DNA of 64,000 nt from a virus. Lineage: Duplodnaviria; Caudoviricetes. Shown here in pieces: positions 39,221 to 49,604 of the stretch. The notes under the pieces were generated by a model. It saw only the letters and a list, made by a program, of their open reading frames with translations. It did no database searches and had not been told where the DNA came from. Position 1 is the first letter of the stretch. Each line of letters begins with the position of its first letter. Location of the stretch: the IMG/VR virus record IMGVR_UViG_3300025087_000689; one strand, 5' to 3'. A program made the position numbers and the translations under genes.

Positions 39221-39309
39221 AGGAGGAAACCGGACTCGAACCGATAAGACGAGTTTTAAATTCGTCGGTAGATTAGTAATCTACTGCCTTGCCATTAGGC
39301 TATTCCTCC
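39221..39309 (-). tRNA. tRNA-Ser(ACU)
   Basis: GTAGA-TTACTAA-TCTAC, long V-arm, U73. Confidence 0.85.
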
Positions 39310-39316
39310 AAACTGA

Positions 39317-39784
39317 TTACTTTCCAGCTTTGATACTCTGACGTTCAATGTCAGCTTCTCGAGCATCTTTGATAACAATAGCAGTCATATCATCTTCAGG
39401 TCCGCAAACGTAGAAGTTTTCTACTGGTACGGATTTGAAGTAGGTAACTACTCTTTTAACAAAGATTTCGTACTGTTCAGGTAAAGAAGGTATGACAACT
39501 TCCATTGGAAGATCGAAGAAGAAACCTATATTCTCTGCATCTTCAATCAGTCTTGTCTCATGTTTTATGAACTGACGGCTAGATGGAATGTTAAGGATGG
39601 ATCCAGCTTCGGTACGTTTACGTGCTACAGTAAGAGCACGATCTCTTACGAACGTATCCTTCTTATTACACTTGCTCCAACCAATACGTACTGTATTAGC
39701 TATTTCGTCATAGATAGCAACCATTGCTCCAATTGGGTGATTTCCGTCGCCTCGGAAATACTGAATCATCTCATGATTTGCCAT
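39317..39784 (-). CDS. Hypothetical protein
   Basis: 155-aa ORF with SD and upstream TATAAT. Confidence 0.7.
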   Translation of the reverse strand: MANHEMIQYFRGDGNHPIGAMVAIYDEIANTVRIGWSKCNKKDTFVRDRALTVARKRTEAGSILNIPSSRQFIKHETRLIEDAENIGFFFDLPMEVVIPSLPEQYEIFVKRVVTYFKSVPVENFYVCGPEDDMTAIVIKDAREADIERQSIKAGK

Positions 39785-40555
39785 TATTTTCTCCTTGGTT
39801 TGTTTTCTTACATTCTTTAGATATTATACTTCATGAATGTAGAAATTGTTTATATAAATACGTTTACTACTGAGTCTGGATTAGCTTTATATGGTTTCTT
39901 ATCTCTTGTTTTCTTACTACGAGTATTTAAAAATGCTTCTACTTCTTCAATGGTTTCCCCAGTAAAAACAGGAACTATATCGTGAACTACAATACTTTCT
40001 ACAGCTCTTCGCTCACAATAGTGTTTCAAAGTACCAAATCGTTTTATGGTATAAGTATGACGCCTAGTACCGTATTGTACGGTATAATCGAATATAGTTT
40101 TTGATCTTGGCATAATTTATAATATGACTCTTTATTTTGTTAATTTAATATTGTGAAAATATATAATATACCTTTAAGTAGATATACCACTCATAGCTAT
40201 TGCGAATATAACCATTAATGGCTAAAAATACTTAATCCTACATGTGCTTCATCGTCTGATATCATATCAAATTCATCACAGATTAAAACTATCATTTATC
40301 CACCAATTGATGAAGACGATTAGTTAAGTCAGAAATGGTTTTGCGAAAGAAGTCCACACACTTCATAGTGGGGTTATTATACTCTGTTGTATGGACCTCA
40401 CCTGATCCACAGACTCGACAGACTTCTGTTGGTTTTTCAATACCTCGTCTATCGTTGACTGTGTATCCTTGATCATTGTTTTTATTTTCGGTTGTTTCAG
40501 TAGCCATGTTCTAAACTCCTCATTTAGTATTTTTGATATGTTTGACATAATTTAA

Positions 40556-40631
40556 TAGATCGGGGAAAATTTGAACTTCCGAACCTTTACCTTATCAGGA
40601 CACTGCTCTAAACCAACTGAACTACTGATCT
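40556..40631 (-). tRNA. tRNA-Ile(GAU), degenerate anticodon stem
   Basis: CTGATAA loop; GTGTC/GGTAA stem weak; acceptor mismatch. Confidence 0.6.
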
Positions 40632-41075
40632 TCGCTTTCTTTATAAGTTTTTTCTAATTTGTCCCAATATCCAGATTCATTTTGATATCGTTTTACAGCT
40701 TCTACTTCTTCTGGAAAAGCTAAAGATAACTTAGCTTCATTTCCCACATCAGCGTGAAATATACAATCAAATAACTTGGTGAAGAATCCGCCACTCATTT
40801 GATACTTATATTCAAAGAGATGTCGTTCACCTTGATTTAGTTTTTTAGTGTTCATTTGATTTCCTTATAGTAAATACCATCCACGGATAGTGATCCCATT
40901 TAGCTTTCTGATGTCTTATTATCCTACCTCTATCTTGTAGTCTTTGTACTGCAAACGCTCGTTGCTGATATTCTGTAGCCCAGAAGATAGTGAATCCTTT
41001 GTATTCTTTAATTCTATCAAGGACTTGTTTTTCTTGTTGTCTTTTTGTCATTTATGTATTTCTTTAAATTTATTT

Positions 41076-41158
41076 TGCGGGTAACAGGACTTGAACCTGT
41101 ACGAGCTTACGCTCACAAGCTTCTAAGGCTTGATTGTCTGCGATTCCAGCATACCCGC
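41076..41158 (-). tRNA. tRNA-Leu(UAG)
   Basis: CAAGC-CTTAGAA-GCTTG, long V-arm. Confidence 0.9.
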
Positions 41159-41607
41159 TAATTTATATATTTACACATGTAGAAATCGGCTAATATCCTC
41201 TGATGATCAACATACAAGAACTTTCTTGATTGGGGGTATCCGCATTTTTTTAAATCTTCCCATTTAAAATCAACAGCATCATCTCCTGCTTTTATACCTG
41301 CATAGAGACCTCGAAGTGGACGTAAGTTACTATGATATATAGTCTTAACATACCAACCTCTTGAATCCTCACCATTTCTTACATCGAATAATGTAAGTGG
41401 AACTCCAATAAGATCAGTCTCCTCTTCAAGTTCTCTTCTTGCAGCTTCAATTGGTTCTTCTCGAGGGTTTATATGCCCACCTGGAAGAGCCCATAAATCT
41501 TTACCAGGTTCATGTCCACGTTTTATTAATAGAACTTCCAACTTGTGGTTGATAATAATTATATCGACTGAGTTGGAAGCTCTTTCGAATTCGTAGGTGA
41601 AGGACAT
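41158..41607 (-). CDS. NUDIX hydrolase (NrtR/ADP-ribose pyrophosphatase-like)
   Basis: WALPGGHINPREEPIEAARRELEEETD; DPR-like DSRG; AGDDA. Confidence 0.9.
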   Translation of the reverse strand: MSFTYEFERASNSVDIIIINHKLEVLLIKRGHEPGKDLWALPGGHINPREEPIEAARRELEEETDLIGVPLTLFDVRNGEDSRGWYVKTIYHSNLRPLRGLYAGIKAGDDAVDFKWEDLKKCGYPQSRKFLYVDHQRILADFYMCKYIN

Positions 41608-41883
41608 ATATCTCCAAATGGTTTAACTGGATCTTCAATACTTTCTTCTATTTCTGCCGTGTTAAAATTATAATGTTGATATAGAAGGTCTCGTTTTTCG
41701 TCGTATTTTCTATATAAATAAGCGAAAATATCTCCCTGTGACCAAGGAGGATCATCTGGTTCATTTGTAAGTGCGTAATATTTTGTTACAGTAATTTTAA
41801 CAAGAGTATATCCCTTGTCCAAACATTCGCCAATCTGTCTGTTGGCATTCATGTTATTGTCATCTGTAATCATAATAAAATTT

Positions 41884-41970
41884 TGGGCAGGGAAGGACTC
41901 GAACCTTCGAGGACCACAAGGGCCGACGGATTTACAGTCCGTTGCTTTCGACCAACTCAGCCACCCGCCC
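41884..41970 (-). tRNA. tRNA-Tyr(GUA)
   Basis: ACGGA-CTGTAAA-TCCGT, long V-arm. Confidence 0.93.
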
Positions 41971-42506
41971 GTTATAAGTTTAAATCTATTATATTATCTG
42001 GTTTAGTTTGTATATTACGTTGTGTTATCTGACCATCAATTAAATTTTGACGAGTGAAAGCTTCATCAAGACCTTGGTAAGTGGCTATATAGTTAACAAG
42101 ATCGACCAATACCATATCTACAATAGTGATAGGTGTATAGGCATCTTCTCCATCTTTATAACCAATAAGATGCTTATTACGTTTAATACTTACCCACGGA
42201 CCTTTAGATCTATATTCAATAATGTTCTTCTCTATAAGGTCAATGAGTTGACGTTTAGATGTTATTGTTGACATAGATCCTCAGACTAAGTTAAGAATAT
42301 TTATAGGTTGAACTATCTCACAATCATCTAGGTCTAAAGCAGTTTCTTTATTATCAATCATAATTATATAAAATTTACTTTTAACTATATGAATATGTGT
42401 TGTTGGAGCATATGAGATTACAGGTAATTTTGTTTCTATCTCCTTAATATAATGGACACTATAAGTTTCACCTACACGTTTGTACCTTTAGTTATTAGTA
42501 CTTCCA

Positions 42507-42962
42507 TTATTGATTATCTCCACGAATATTATTTAAGATAGTTTTGCTAAATTTTATTACGTCTTCATGCGTCCATGTATGTTTACAAAAATTATACATC
42601 ATGCATACAAGTTGTATATTATCTTTCTGATACCCTTTAGAATTATCTTTTCGATCAATAGATATAGCCCACGGACTCATTTCTTTTGCGTTTGGACTTA
42701 TTTGAAATGGAATTTTTGTAATTATACACTTTCCTTTTTGTTCTTTAAATAATTTTGATAAAAATTCATATTTTACATCACATATTTCATTGCGTCTATA
42801 TTTAGATCTTGATCTAATTTTTCTTGCAAGAAATTTTAGAACGTGTTCGAAACTTTTTTTATCATGTGCTTGTCTATATATTCTATTGTATTTTCTATGA
42901 CATTTATCACTACATGTTTTTAGAATAGGACCTCTTTTATGAGAAAATGATATACCACACAT
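42507..42962 (-). CDS. HNH-like free-standing endonuclease
   Basis: C..T..SIDRKDNSKGY..NIQLVC..YN..K. Confidence 0.75.
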   Translation of the reverse strand: MCGISFSHKRGPILKTCSDKCHRKYNRIYRQAHDKKSFEHVLKFLARKIRSRSKYRRNEICDVKYEFLSKLFKEQKGKCIITKIPFQISPNAKEMSPWAISIDRKDNSKGYQKDNIQLVCMMYNFCKHTWTHEDVIKFSKTILNNIRGDNQ

Positions 42963-42976
42963 TTTACATGTTGTTG

Positions 42977-43174
42977 TTAATTCAGTATATGTATATTTTT
43001 TTTCTCACACCCGCAATTTTGACAGCTTCCTGTTTGAAGATATGCTCCAATGATTGTTTTTGAATTACCGCATTCGCATTTGCATAGCCACGATATCTTA
43101 TTTGATATTTTCCCGTTTTCTCGAATAACAGTTAATTTACCAAATTTTTGTCCTTTTAGGTCTAATTTAATCAT
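42977..43174 (-). pseudogene. N-terminal fragment of an AP2/HNH-type homing endonuclease
   Basis: DLKGQKFGKLTVI..WLCKCECGN..SC..CGC, then stop. Confidence 0.7.
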
Positions 43175-43218
43175 AATATAGGATTTCCTTTCTCCTATAT
43201 TATACTATTATTGAAATA

Positions 43219-43253
43219 AAACTTCTCGTAGATTTATAATCTACGAGAAGTTT
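43219..43253. terminator. Perfect 16-bp inverted repeat at the ligase stop codon
   Basis: aaacttctcgtagatt-tat-aatctacgagaagttt. Confidence 0.6.
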
Positions 43254-44346
43254 ATTCGTAATCTCTAATTTCTATTAAAACTGGAAATCTTGGTATACCT
43301 TCATTAGTTTTTTGTTGAAATCTAATTATGGCTTTTTTTCCCACTAATTCTTGTAAATTTTGAAACCATTCTTTTCGCTGTTGACGGGATCCTTTTGGCC
43401 TTGCTTCAAATTCTTTGCCTTCTTTGGTAATAAGTTGGAATACGATTGTACCTTTATCATTTCCGGTTGCTTCTTTGCCACCTATAATTTCAAATTCATC
43501 GTCATCAAAATTCTTCCACTTTTGGAGATTTTTTGAACGGTGTTTGAATTCGTATTCACCTTCTTTATTTCTTATCATTATTCCTTCGTATCCATCTTGA
43601 ACAAATTGTTCATGATACTTAATGATCTCAGCTTCATTCTTGACTTCATATGTTGGAACACGAACTAAATACTGAGGATTTTCCATTTTATCGAAAAATT
43701 CTTTTATAAGTCTTGTTCTAGTTTCAAAAGGAAGACCTTCATTTGCCAAATCATAAATATAATATTTAAGTCTGAAAGGTTCTCTTGTTTTCTTAACAGC
43801 TGCAACTATATCCTGAAAAGATATTTCATTATGACAATATACTTCGCCGTCTAAAGGTGATTGTACTTCAGCTTCAAAGATTGAACATTCTTCATCAAAT
43901 TGATCAAGAGTAGTAAAAGGTTTACCGCCACGAGAATTAAAGGTGTGATCTGTATAGATGCAACGCACTCCGTTAAACTTTGGCTGCACGTAGCAAGGAA
44001 ACTTAATATCATGTTTACGTTCAATATACTTAAGAGCAAGCATAGGAAGCAGTAACTTCTGTGTCTTCTGAGCCTTCTTAGTCTCGGTATATCCTTCATC
44101 CTTCTTCTTATTCCACTTAGATTGAGCATCAGATACGGCTTGATCAAATGGAGTTGTTTCATTTTTCTTGCCGATATTCAAACCAACAGTAATCTCTCTG
44201 TGATTAACTGCTTGTTTCTTACCTTCAAGACCGTGTTCCATGGTAATAAGAACATCTTTAGCACGTTCATCTACGCGTATATTAATAAGTTTAGTGCGAC
44301 CTGTTGAACCTGTACCATAAAGTGTTGGAAAGATTTTACTTTTCAT
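43252..44346 (-). CDS. ATP-dependent DNA ligase with N-terminal extension
   Basis: PMLA, QPKFNG, DGEVY, EGIMIR, HRS..LQKWK, PRFP. Confidence 0.92.
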   Translation of the reverse strand: MKSKIFPTLYGTGSTGRTKLINIRVDERAKDVLITMEHGLEGKKQAVNHREITVGLNIGKKNETTPFDQAVSDAQSKWNKKKDEGYTETKKAQKTQKLLLPMLALKYIERKHDIKFPCYVQPKFNGVRCIYTDHTFNSRGGKPFTTLDQFDEECSIFEAEVQSPLDGEVYCHNEISFQDIVAAVKKTREPFRLKYYIYDLANEGLPFETRTRLIKEFFDKMENPQYLVRVPTYEVKNEAEIIKYHEQFVQDGYEGIMIRNKEGEYEFKHRSKNLQKWKNFDDDEFEIIGGKEATGNDKGTIVFQLITKEGKEFEARPKGSRQQRKEWFQNLQELVGKKAIIRFQQKTNEGIPRFPVLIEIRDYE

Positions 44347-45016
44347 TTTTATTCCTTATTCTAGTCATATGAACACTAGCGTAATCATTGGTATTCATAC
44401 CCAAGATTTTCCCTTTCCACTCTTTCATTTGTTTCTCTGAGAGTGGACGTTTGAACATAAGGCTAGTTACTACGTAAACCTCAGCGTTACGCGGATTCTC
44501 CAGTACTGCTGCTGGTCTTATCTTTATCCTCACTTTGTATTTTATCATCAATTACCTCTATTTTATATGTTTTGAGAACTTGTATAAGCATCTCCAATCT
44601 TTGGAGAGTACCAATACAGTTTGCTATTAACATTGCAGTACCAATGACAAAAAAAACTTTCGCGATTGATACAGATGTAAATACTGTAAGTATAACACCT
44701 GTACATAATAGTAACCACGCAAAAGTATAACCCATGAGAAAATCCCAGATTTGACAAAATGTTTTCATCGTAACTCCTTTACTTCATTCTCAAGTGTTTT
44801 GATATGTTTTTCCCATCTATCCATGAAGGATGATGGAGCACCTAATTCTTTTAATCGAAGTACGAAACGTTTAGTGTCCCGTATTTCTTTATAGGTGGCT
44901 TCTTTCCAAGCTTTAGGAAATAAAAACTTTAATATTTTTAGATGTGGTTTCATATAATTTAAACAGTCTCCGGGGTGAGATTTGAACTCACAAGCCCTTA
45001 AGGGCAACGGATTTTA

Positions 45017-45759
45017 CTTACTCATCTTACTTTCGTAAGCCTCTTACGAGTTTGAGTTTGGACTATATCTTAGCCGTATCTTTCGAGTTAGGCTTTCCGG
45101 GCGTAGTCTCTGAACCTTCCTCATTTGAAAGAGGCTCGGCTGCTGATTGTCCAATATCACTTATTTTTATAACCTTCGCACTCGTTTTTTCAAACCATGC
45201 TGTAGTTAAGTGATCTCTTAGGATATTCCAGCAATTTTCGGAATTACTACTATGATTTTTCAACCATAGCGACCAATGATGTTCGATATGTCTATGTAGA
45301 GCTCCATGTGATCTACGATCCATTAGACTTAGATTATTTGGTTCATTGTTTGTTGGATTATAGTCTAGATGATGTGTTACAAATCCTTTTGGAGTTGTAA
45401 TACCAAGTTGATCTATAATCTTTCTTGCTTCGTATCTTCCATGCTGCCTAATAGGATCATTTTTATGAATCTTACTTGGTCTGCATTTTGCATGAGATAC
45501 TTGGCCAATTCTCCAAATCTTCATGTCTTTCTTACAGATAGAACATTTTGATATACCAAAGTAATGTCTTCCTACTTTCTGGTATCTGATTCTTGCTCTT
45601 TCTGTATTGTAGGTTCTAGAGTGTTCTAGACATCTTTTTCTTTCATGAACACCTTTTTTTCCACAATCAATACAGAGTTTATCTTCCTTCTTCATATAAT
45701 ACCTCCATAGATATTATACTTTGTTGGAAGACACAATTCAAGTATAATTGTGGAGAATC
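45017..45759 (-). mobile_element. Group I intron (743 nt) between tRNA positions 33 and 34
   Basis: 5' exon ends in U, intron ends in G; P AATTGCTGGAATATCC, Q CAATCAGCAGCC, R TCAGAGACTAC, S AAGATATAGTCC. Confidence 0.92.
45063..45695 (-). CDS. Intron-encoded HNH homing endonuclease that reads through the ribozyme core
   Basis: THHLDYNPTNNEPNNL..H..LH; stop codon lies in the S element. Confidence 0.88.
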   Translation of the reverse strand: MKKEDKLCIDCGKKGVHERKRCLEHSRTYNTERARIRYQKVGRHYFGISKCSICKKDMKIWRIGQVSHAKCRPSKIHKNDPIRQHGRYEARKIIDQLGITTPKGFVTHHLDYNPTNNEPNNLSLMDRRSHGALHRHIEHHWSLWLKNHSSNSENCWNILRDHLTTAWFEKTSAKVIKISDIGQSAAEPLSNEEGSETTPGKPNSKDTAKI

Positions 45760-46068
45760 AGTCCGTTGTGTATGCCAGTTCCACCACCCGGAGGTTAATT
45801 TTGTCGATTGTATTTATTTAACTTGTTACCAGAAACATATGTTGTATCATCTTCTTGTCCAAGAAAACTTCTGATTCTATATATACCATTATCATCTAGA
45901 CATCGTACAAAGGCTATAGGAAATCTTGCTTTATACATCTCAGTCTGTATAATAACACATAAATGAGATGTAGTGTCCCACTGCATCCTTTGTTCCTGAT
46001 AATGTTTCTGTTCTCTTGTAGGTTTTTTACACAACCTATTAAAAGAATAATAAGAATTAAAAGGTATT

Positions 46069-47166
46069 TCATTTAAACTCTATAACTTTATGGTTTTTGA
46101 AACATAAAAAGTTTTTTGCTCCAAGTTCCTTACTTAAGCATTTAGCAAATATTTCTGCATCTGGGTAAACATATTTATTTCCGGCTGAAGTATATACATA
46201 ACTCGTGACATGTTCGAAACAGGTTATAACTAAAGTAAAATCTTTAATATCATCTTTCTGTATTGCGTATCTAAGAAGATCTGCATCTAACATCGACACG
46301 CGAAATTCACCTTGGTATTTGTGAGTTACATTGGTTTCATTTGGGTCGTGTATGATATGTTCTTTAAGATCTTCATTAGTCATAGGACCATTACCATGGC
46401 GTGTTTGGTAACAACGGGTTACAAGATATATTTCTGGATCGGTCACTTCCAGCTTTTTTAAATTTGTCATACCACAGTTACCACGAGTAACATGTGGAAA
46501 GAATCCTATGTCTTGATCGAGCATTAAACCCTGAGATCCTTCAAAGATATTAACTGATTCAACTCGATTGATATCTCTATCCCATTTCATTAATTCGATG
46601 CGAATCTGTTTTTCTTCAAGTAAGAGATAACAAGTTGGTAGGAAATCTTTGTCGTATTCAGCGAATTCTTGTAAGTATTTTTTTCTTATCAACTCTAACT
46701 TAGTTTCGAAGATCTTTGGGTAAAGAAGATCACCTACAAGAAGTGAATAATGTTGTTCTTCGCGTTCAATGGTTTTACCAAAACCTACACCACACGTACC
46801 ATTTTTTCTGTTCCAGGAGTTTTGAGTATTAGTCCATTTATCATACGGAGTAGTAATAGGACATCTTGGATCAAGATATAGAGTAGGTTCAATACCTTTC
46901 TTACGTAGAACTTTTAATTCGTTCGTAATACCTACTGGATCAACCGTGCATAGTCGAGACCAATAGGTAATATTACCTCGAAAGCTACCTGAGCCGAAAT
47001 TGGAGAAAACATGGCGAATGCCATTATGTACAACAGTATGTCCCGCTTGATGACCACCACTAAATCGTGTAACGATAGCATCAGGATACTGAGAGCAAAG
47101 GTAGTCTGTTACGACACCTTTCGCACAGTCACCAAATCCAGCCCCAATTACGGCTAGGTTTTTCAT
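46069..47166 (-). CDS. purA: Adenylosuccinate-synthetase-like (PurA family, divergent) protein
   Basis: GFGDCAKG, RFSGGHQAGHT, GTCGVG, FEGSQG, TRHGNGP. Confidence 0.85.
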   Translation of the reverse strand: MKNLAVIGAGFGDCAKGVVTDYLCSQYPDAIVTRFSGGHQAGHTVVHNGIRHVFSNFGSGSFRGNITYWSRLCTVDPVGITNELKVLRKKGIEPTLYLDPRCPITTPYDKWTNTQNSWNRKNGTCGVGFGKTIEREEQHYSLLVGDLLYPKIFETKLELIRKKYLQEFAEYDKDFLPTCYLLLEEKQIRIELMKWDRDINRVESVNIFEGSQGLMLDQDIGFFPHVTRGNCGMTNLKKLEVTDPEIYLVTRCYQTRHGNGPMTNEDLKEHIIHDPNETNVTHKYQGEFRVSMLDADLLRYAIQKDDIKDFTLVITCFEHVTSYVYTSAGNKYVYPDAEIFAKCLSKELGAKNFLCFKNHKVIEFK

Positions 47167-47321
47167 CTTAAGCTTTCTAAGTATTTGATATTAATCTGTT
47201 GTTCTTCAATAATTCTTACTAATCTATTTATATCTTTCATCTGGATAGCAGGCCATCCTTCAGGTGAATGATCTTTGTTTAAGTCTTTTATTCTTTTGAG
47301 AAACTTTTTATTCATGACCAA

Positions 47322-48206
47322 TTACATCGTTGCTGTGATGTTAATAGGCATAGCCGATTCCTGTGCTACAGCTATTGTCGTTCTCGAAATGAGACCAACA
47401 ATATTCTGATGTCTTGGAGCAATAAGAACATTATCGTTACCCATAAGAACTCTCCAACTTTCAGCAACACCACGTCCACTACGTGAATCTTCGTTATGGA
47501 TGTGATAGACGTTATACTTTTCACGGGCAGTTGCAAGAAGTTGTGCAGCCGTATAATCTTCATATTGGCCGTCACCCATGATTTTCTTGATAACATCTTT
47601 TGAAAGGTTAGAAAGAACAGGTTCATCACCTATCGTGAAGAGAATACCCTTCTTGGCTCGTTTCTCAAAACAGTCAATGGCTGTATGTTTCGACGCGAAA
47701 TACCACGCAAGGTGGTAACTTTCACCAGCATTTCCACCACCACCACCTTCAAGGTAGACATCAGTGAGCCACTTATCCAAAAGAGCATCACTGGACTCGA
47801 ACTGTCCAACCTGTAAGGGTGCACGATCGCATTCGTGGTCGCCGACGCCGAGAAACAGCAACTGTGGATGTAGAATACCACCATCAATGATGGTCTGCAT
47901 GATCTTGGGAAGACCTTCTCTTACTAAATAGTGAGGAACTGATCCCATCGATCCTGTAAGATCTAAAGCTAGAATAATCGCGAAACTTTCTGGATGTTCT
48001 ATAGAATCTCTTGCTTCGCGAAGCTGGACCCCATAGGGATTCATTGCACTGTTGATTGTTGCCGCTGTGAAGATCTCTCTGGCTGATTTTGTATCATAAC
48101 CGAGAGATGTTGCTCTCACTGTACGTGAAAGACTTGAATAACTTCCGCCACCCATGTTATACCTTACCTTTCTCTGATTCACAATCGGGACAACCTTTAC
48201 ATTCAC
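47322..48206 (-). CDS. vWA-domain protein
   Basis: DLTGSM MIDAS, GGGGNAGESY, FTIGDE. Confidence 0.85.
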   Translation of the reverse strand: MNVKVVPIVNQRKVRYNMGGGSYSSLSRTVRATSLGYDTKSAREIFTAATINSAMNPYGVQLREARDSIEHPESFAIILALDLTGSMGSVPHYLVREGLPKIMQTIIDGGILHPQLLFLGVGDHECDRAPLQVGQFESSDALLDKWLTDVYLEGGGGGNAGESYHLAWYFASKHTAIDCFEKRAKKGILFTIGDEPVLSNLSKDVIKKIMGDGQYEDYTAAQLLATAREKYNVYHIHNEDSRSGRGVAESWRVLMGNDNVLIAPRHQNIVGLISRTTIAVAQESAMPINITATM

Positions 48207-48747
48207 ATGTATCGGTTTGTTCTGGTGTTACAGTTGGATTTGCAACTGGTTCAACTACAGTTGAGTCGTTTGTTTTTGCTGCTTCTTCCGCTACTTCTTG
48301 TTCTTCGAAGCTTGAATACTTTGCGTCTTTTCCTCCGCCCATATTGTCTCCTATGTTAAATATTAATGTTTTAATCGACTGAACTAAAGGTCCGAAGGAT
48401 ACTTGGTTTATGTATCCAACCTTTAGGTAAGAATATTTTATAGACCCGCCGTTAACTGTATCTCATCAGACTTAATCCTCTTTGGTTTAAATGTTTTTTT
48501 AAGCCAAATCGAATTTGTTCTTCTTCTGATATAATTGAAGCTGATGTGAATTTGTCATTCACAGTGAAAAAGACAAGTGCTTTATTCGGATGATCTTTTA
48601 AACAAAAGGTTCTGATAGTGCCAAGATGAGAAGATTTTTTGTTGATTCGTACGAGATCCCAAGTCTTTCTCGATTGAGTTAAGGCTTGGAGATACTCATT
48701 GATTGATCTTTTGGAATCTATACTTGGCATAAGAACTCCTTAATTTA

Positions 48748-48822
48748 TGGGCCTGGAAAGATTCGAACTTTCGACTCCATTCTTAAAAAGAATGTACTCT
48801 AATCCAACTGAGTTACAAGCCC
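48748..48822 (-). tRNA. tRNA-Lys(UUU)
   Basis: CATTC-TTTTTAA-GAATG. Confidence 0.92.
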
Positions 48823-49199
48823 ATTATTTTTAAACTTAACATAATAACTATGGCTATATTTGATAGGAAAGAAAAAAGAGCGTCAACCATAATATAAGTG
48901 AGTCTTTCTTTTTTATGAATTATTGCGGCTAATATAGAAAATGTTAATAAAATAATCATTGGTATTTTTAATGGGAAAGGGGTAATGATATAATCCATAT
49001 AAAGTTGCAAACATATAAAACAAATTGAATATACCTACTTGAATTGATGATAACACATCTTCCCCAGAACTCTTTCGTTTGGATATTCTATATATCCATG
49101 CTAATCTGTCTGGCTTTGCAAGTATTTTTGCCTCGTACAATATCGCGATAGCAAAAATACAAAAGACAACGAAATTTATCATGATATATCCTATTTATA

Positions 49200-49600
49200 A
49201 ATGGTGGAGTTATTTATGTTTTACCACTTTCACCCCATAATACTCGAAATAAAGGCAAGGGCCCCCCCATGTTGGTGGAGGAACCCCTGCTGATTGTCAG
49301 CAAATCTTTATCCTAAAATAAGCTAACGGCAATCATGTTTATTACCTTACGGTAATTCATATATATATATCTAACCAATTCAGTTCGGAAAAGTTTAAAA
49401 TACCTGACTTGCCACTAGTCAACTTCCCATCGATAACCACCAATAGATGATCACTGATGGGAAGGTCGGATTCGAACCGACGTGCGGCATAGTTTTCCTT
49501 ACTAACCAGTCAGAAGTATACGGTTCAGATTGAGTCTGGGACGTTCAAGTGTTTAAGCTTAAATCTGACTATAAGCCTAAGTCTGAATAAAATAACGTCC
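49200..49600 (-). ncRNA. Candidate structured ncRNA with a permuted tRNA-like (T-arm / closed helix / D-arm) domain
   Basis: GTCGG-TTCGAAT-CCGAC (49481-49465), CTTCCCATC..GATGGGAAG, TGACT-AGTGGCA-AGTCA, GGAAAA/TTTTCC enclosing stem. Confidence 0.7.
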
Positions 49601-49604
49601 AAAT

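Larger units (their letters stand above)
44967..45793 (-). tRNA. tRNA-Leu(UAA) split by a group I intron (exons 45760-45793 and 44967-45016)
   Basis: Joined exons give ACGGA-CT|TAAAA-TCCGT, CTCCGGG/CCCGGAG acceptor, V-arm GCCC-TTAA-GGGC. Confidence 0.92.

Noticed and set aside
46069-47166. Canonical PurZ (2-aminoadenine genome)
   Set aside because: The catalytic Asp is retained (GDCAKG), and no adjacent DatZ/MazZ genes are seen; kept only as an open question
49423-49481. Ordinary tRNA gene or 3' half of an intron-split tRNA
   Set aside because: No upstream 5' half or anticodon arm; the acceptor-like strand pairs with downstream sequence
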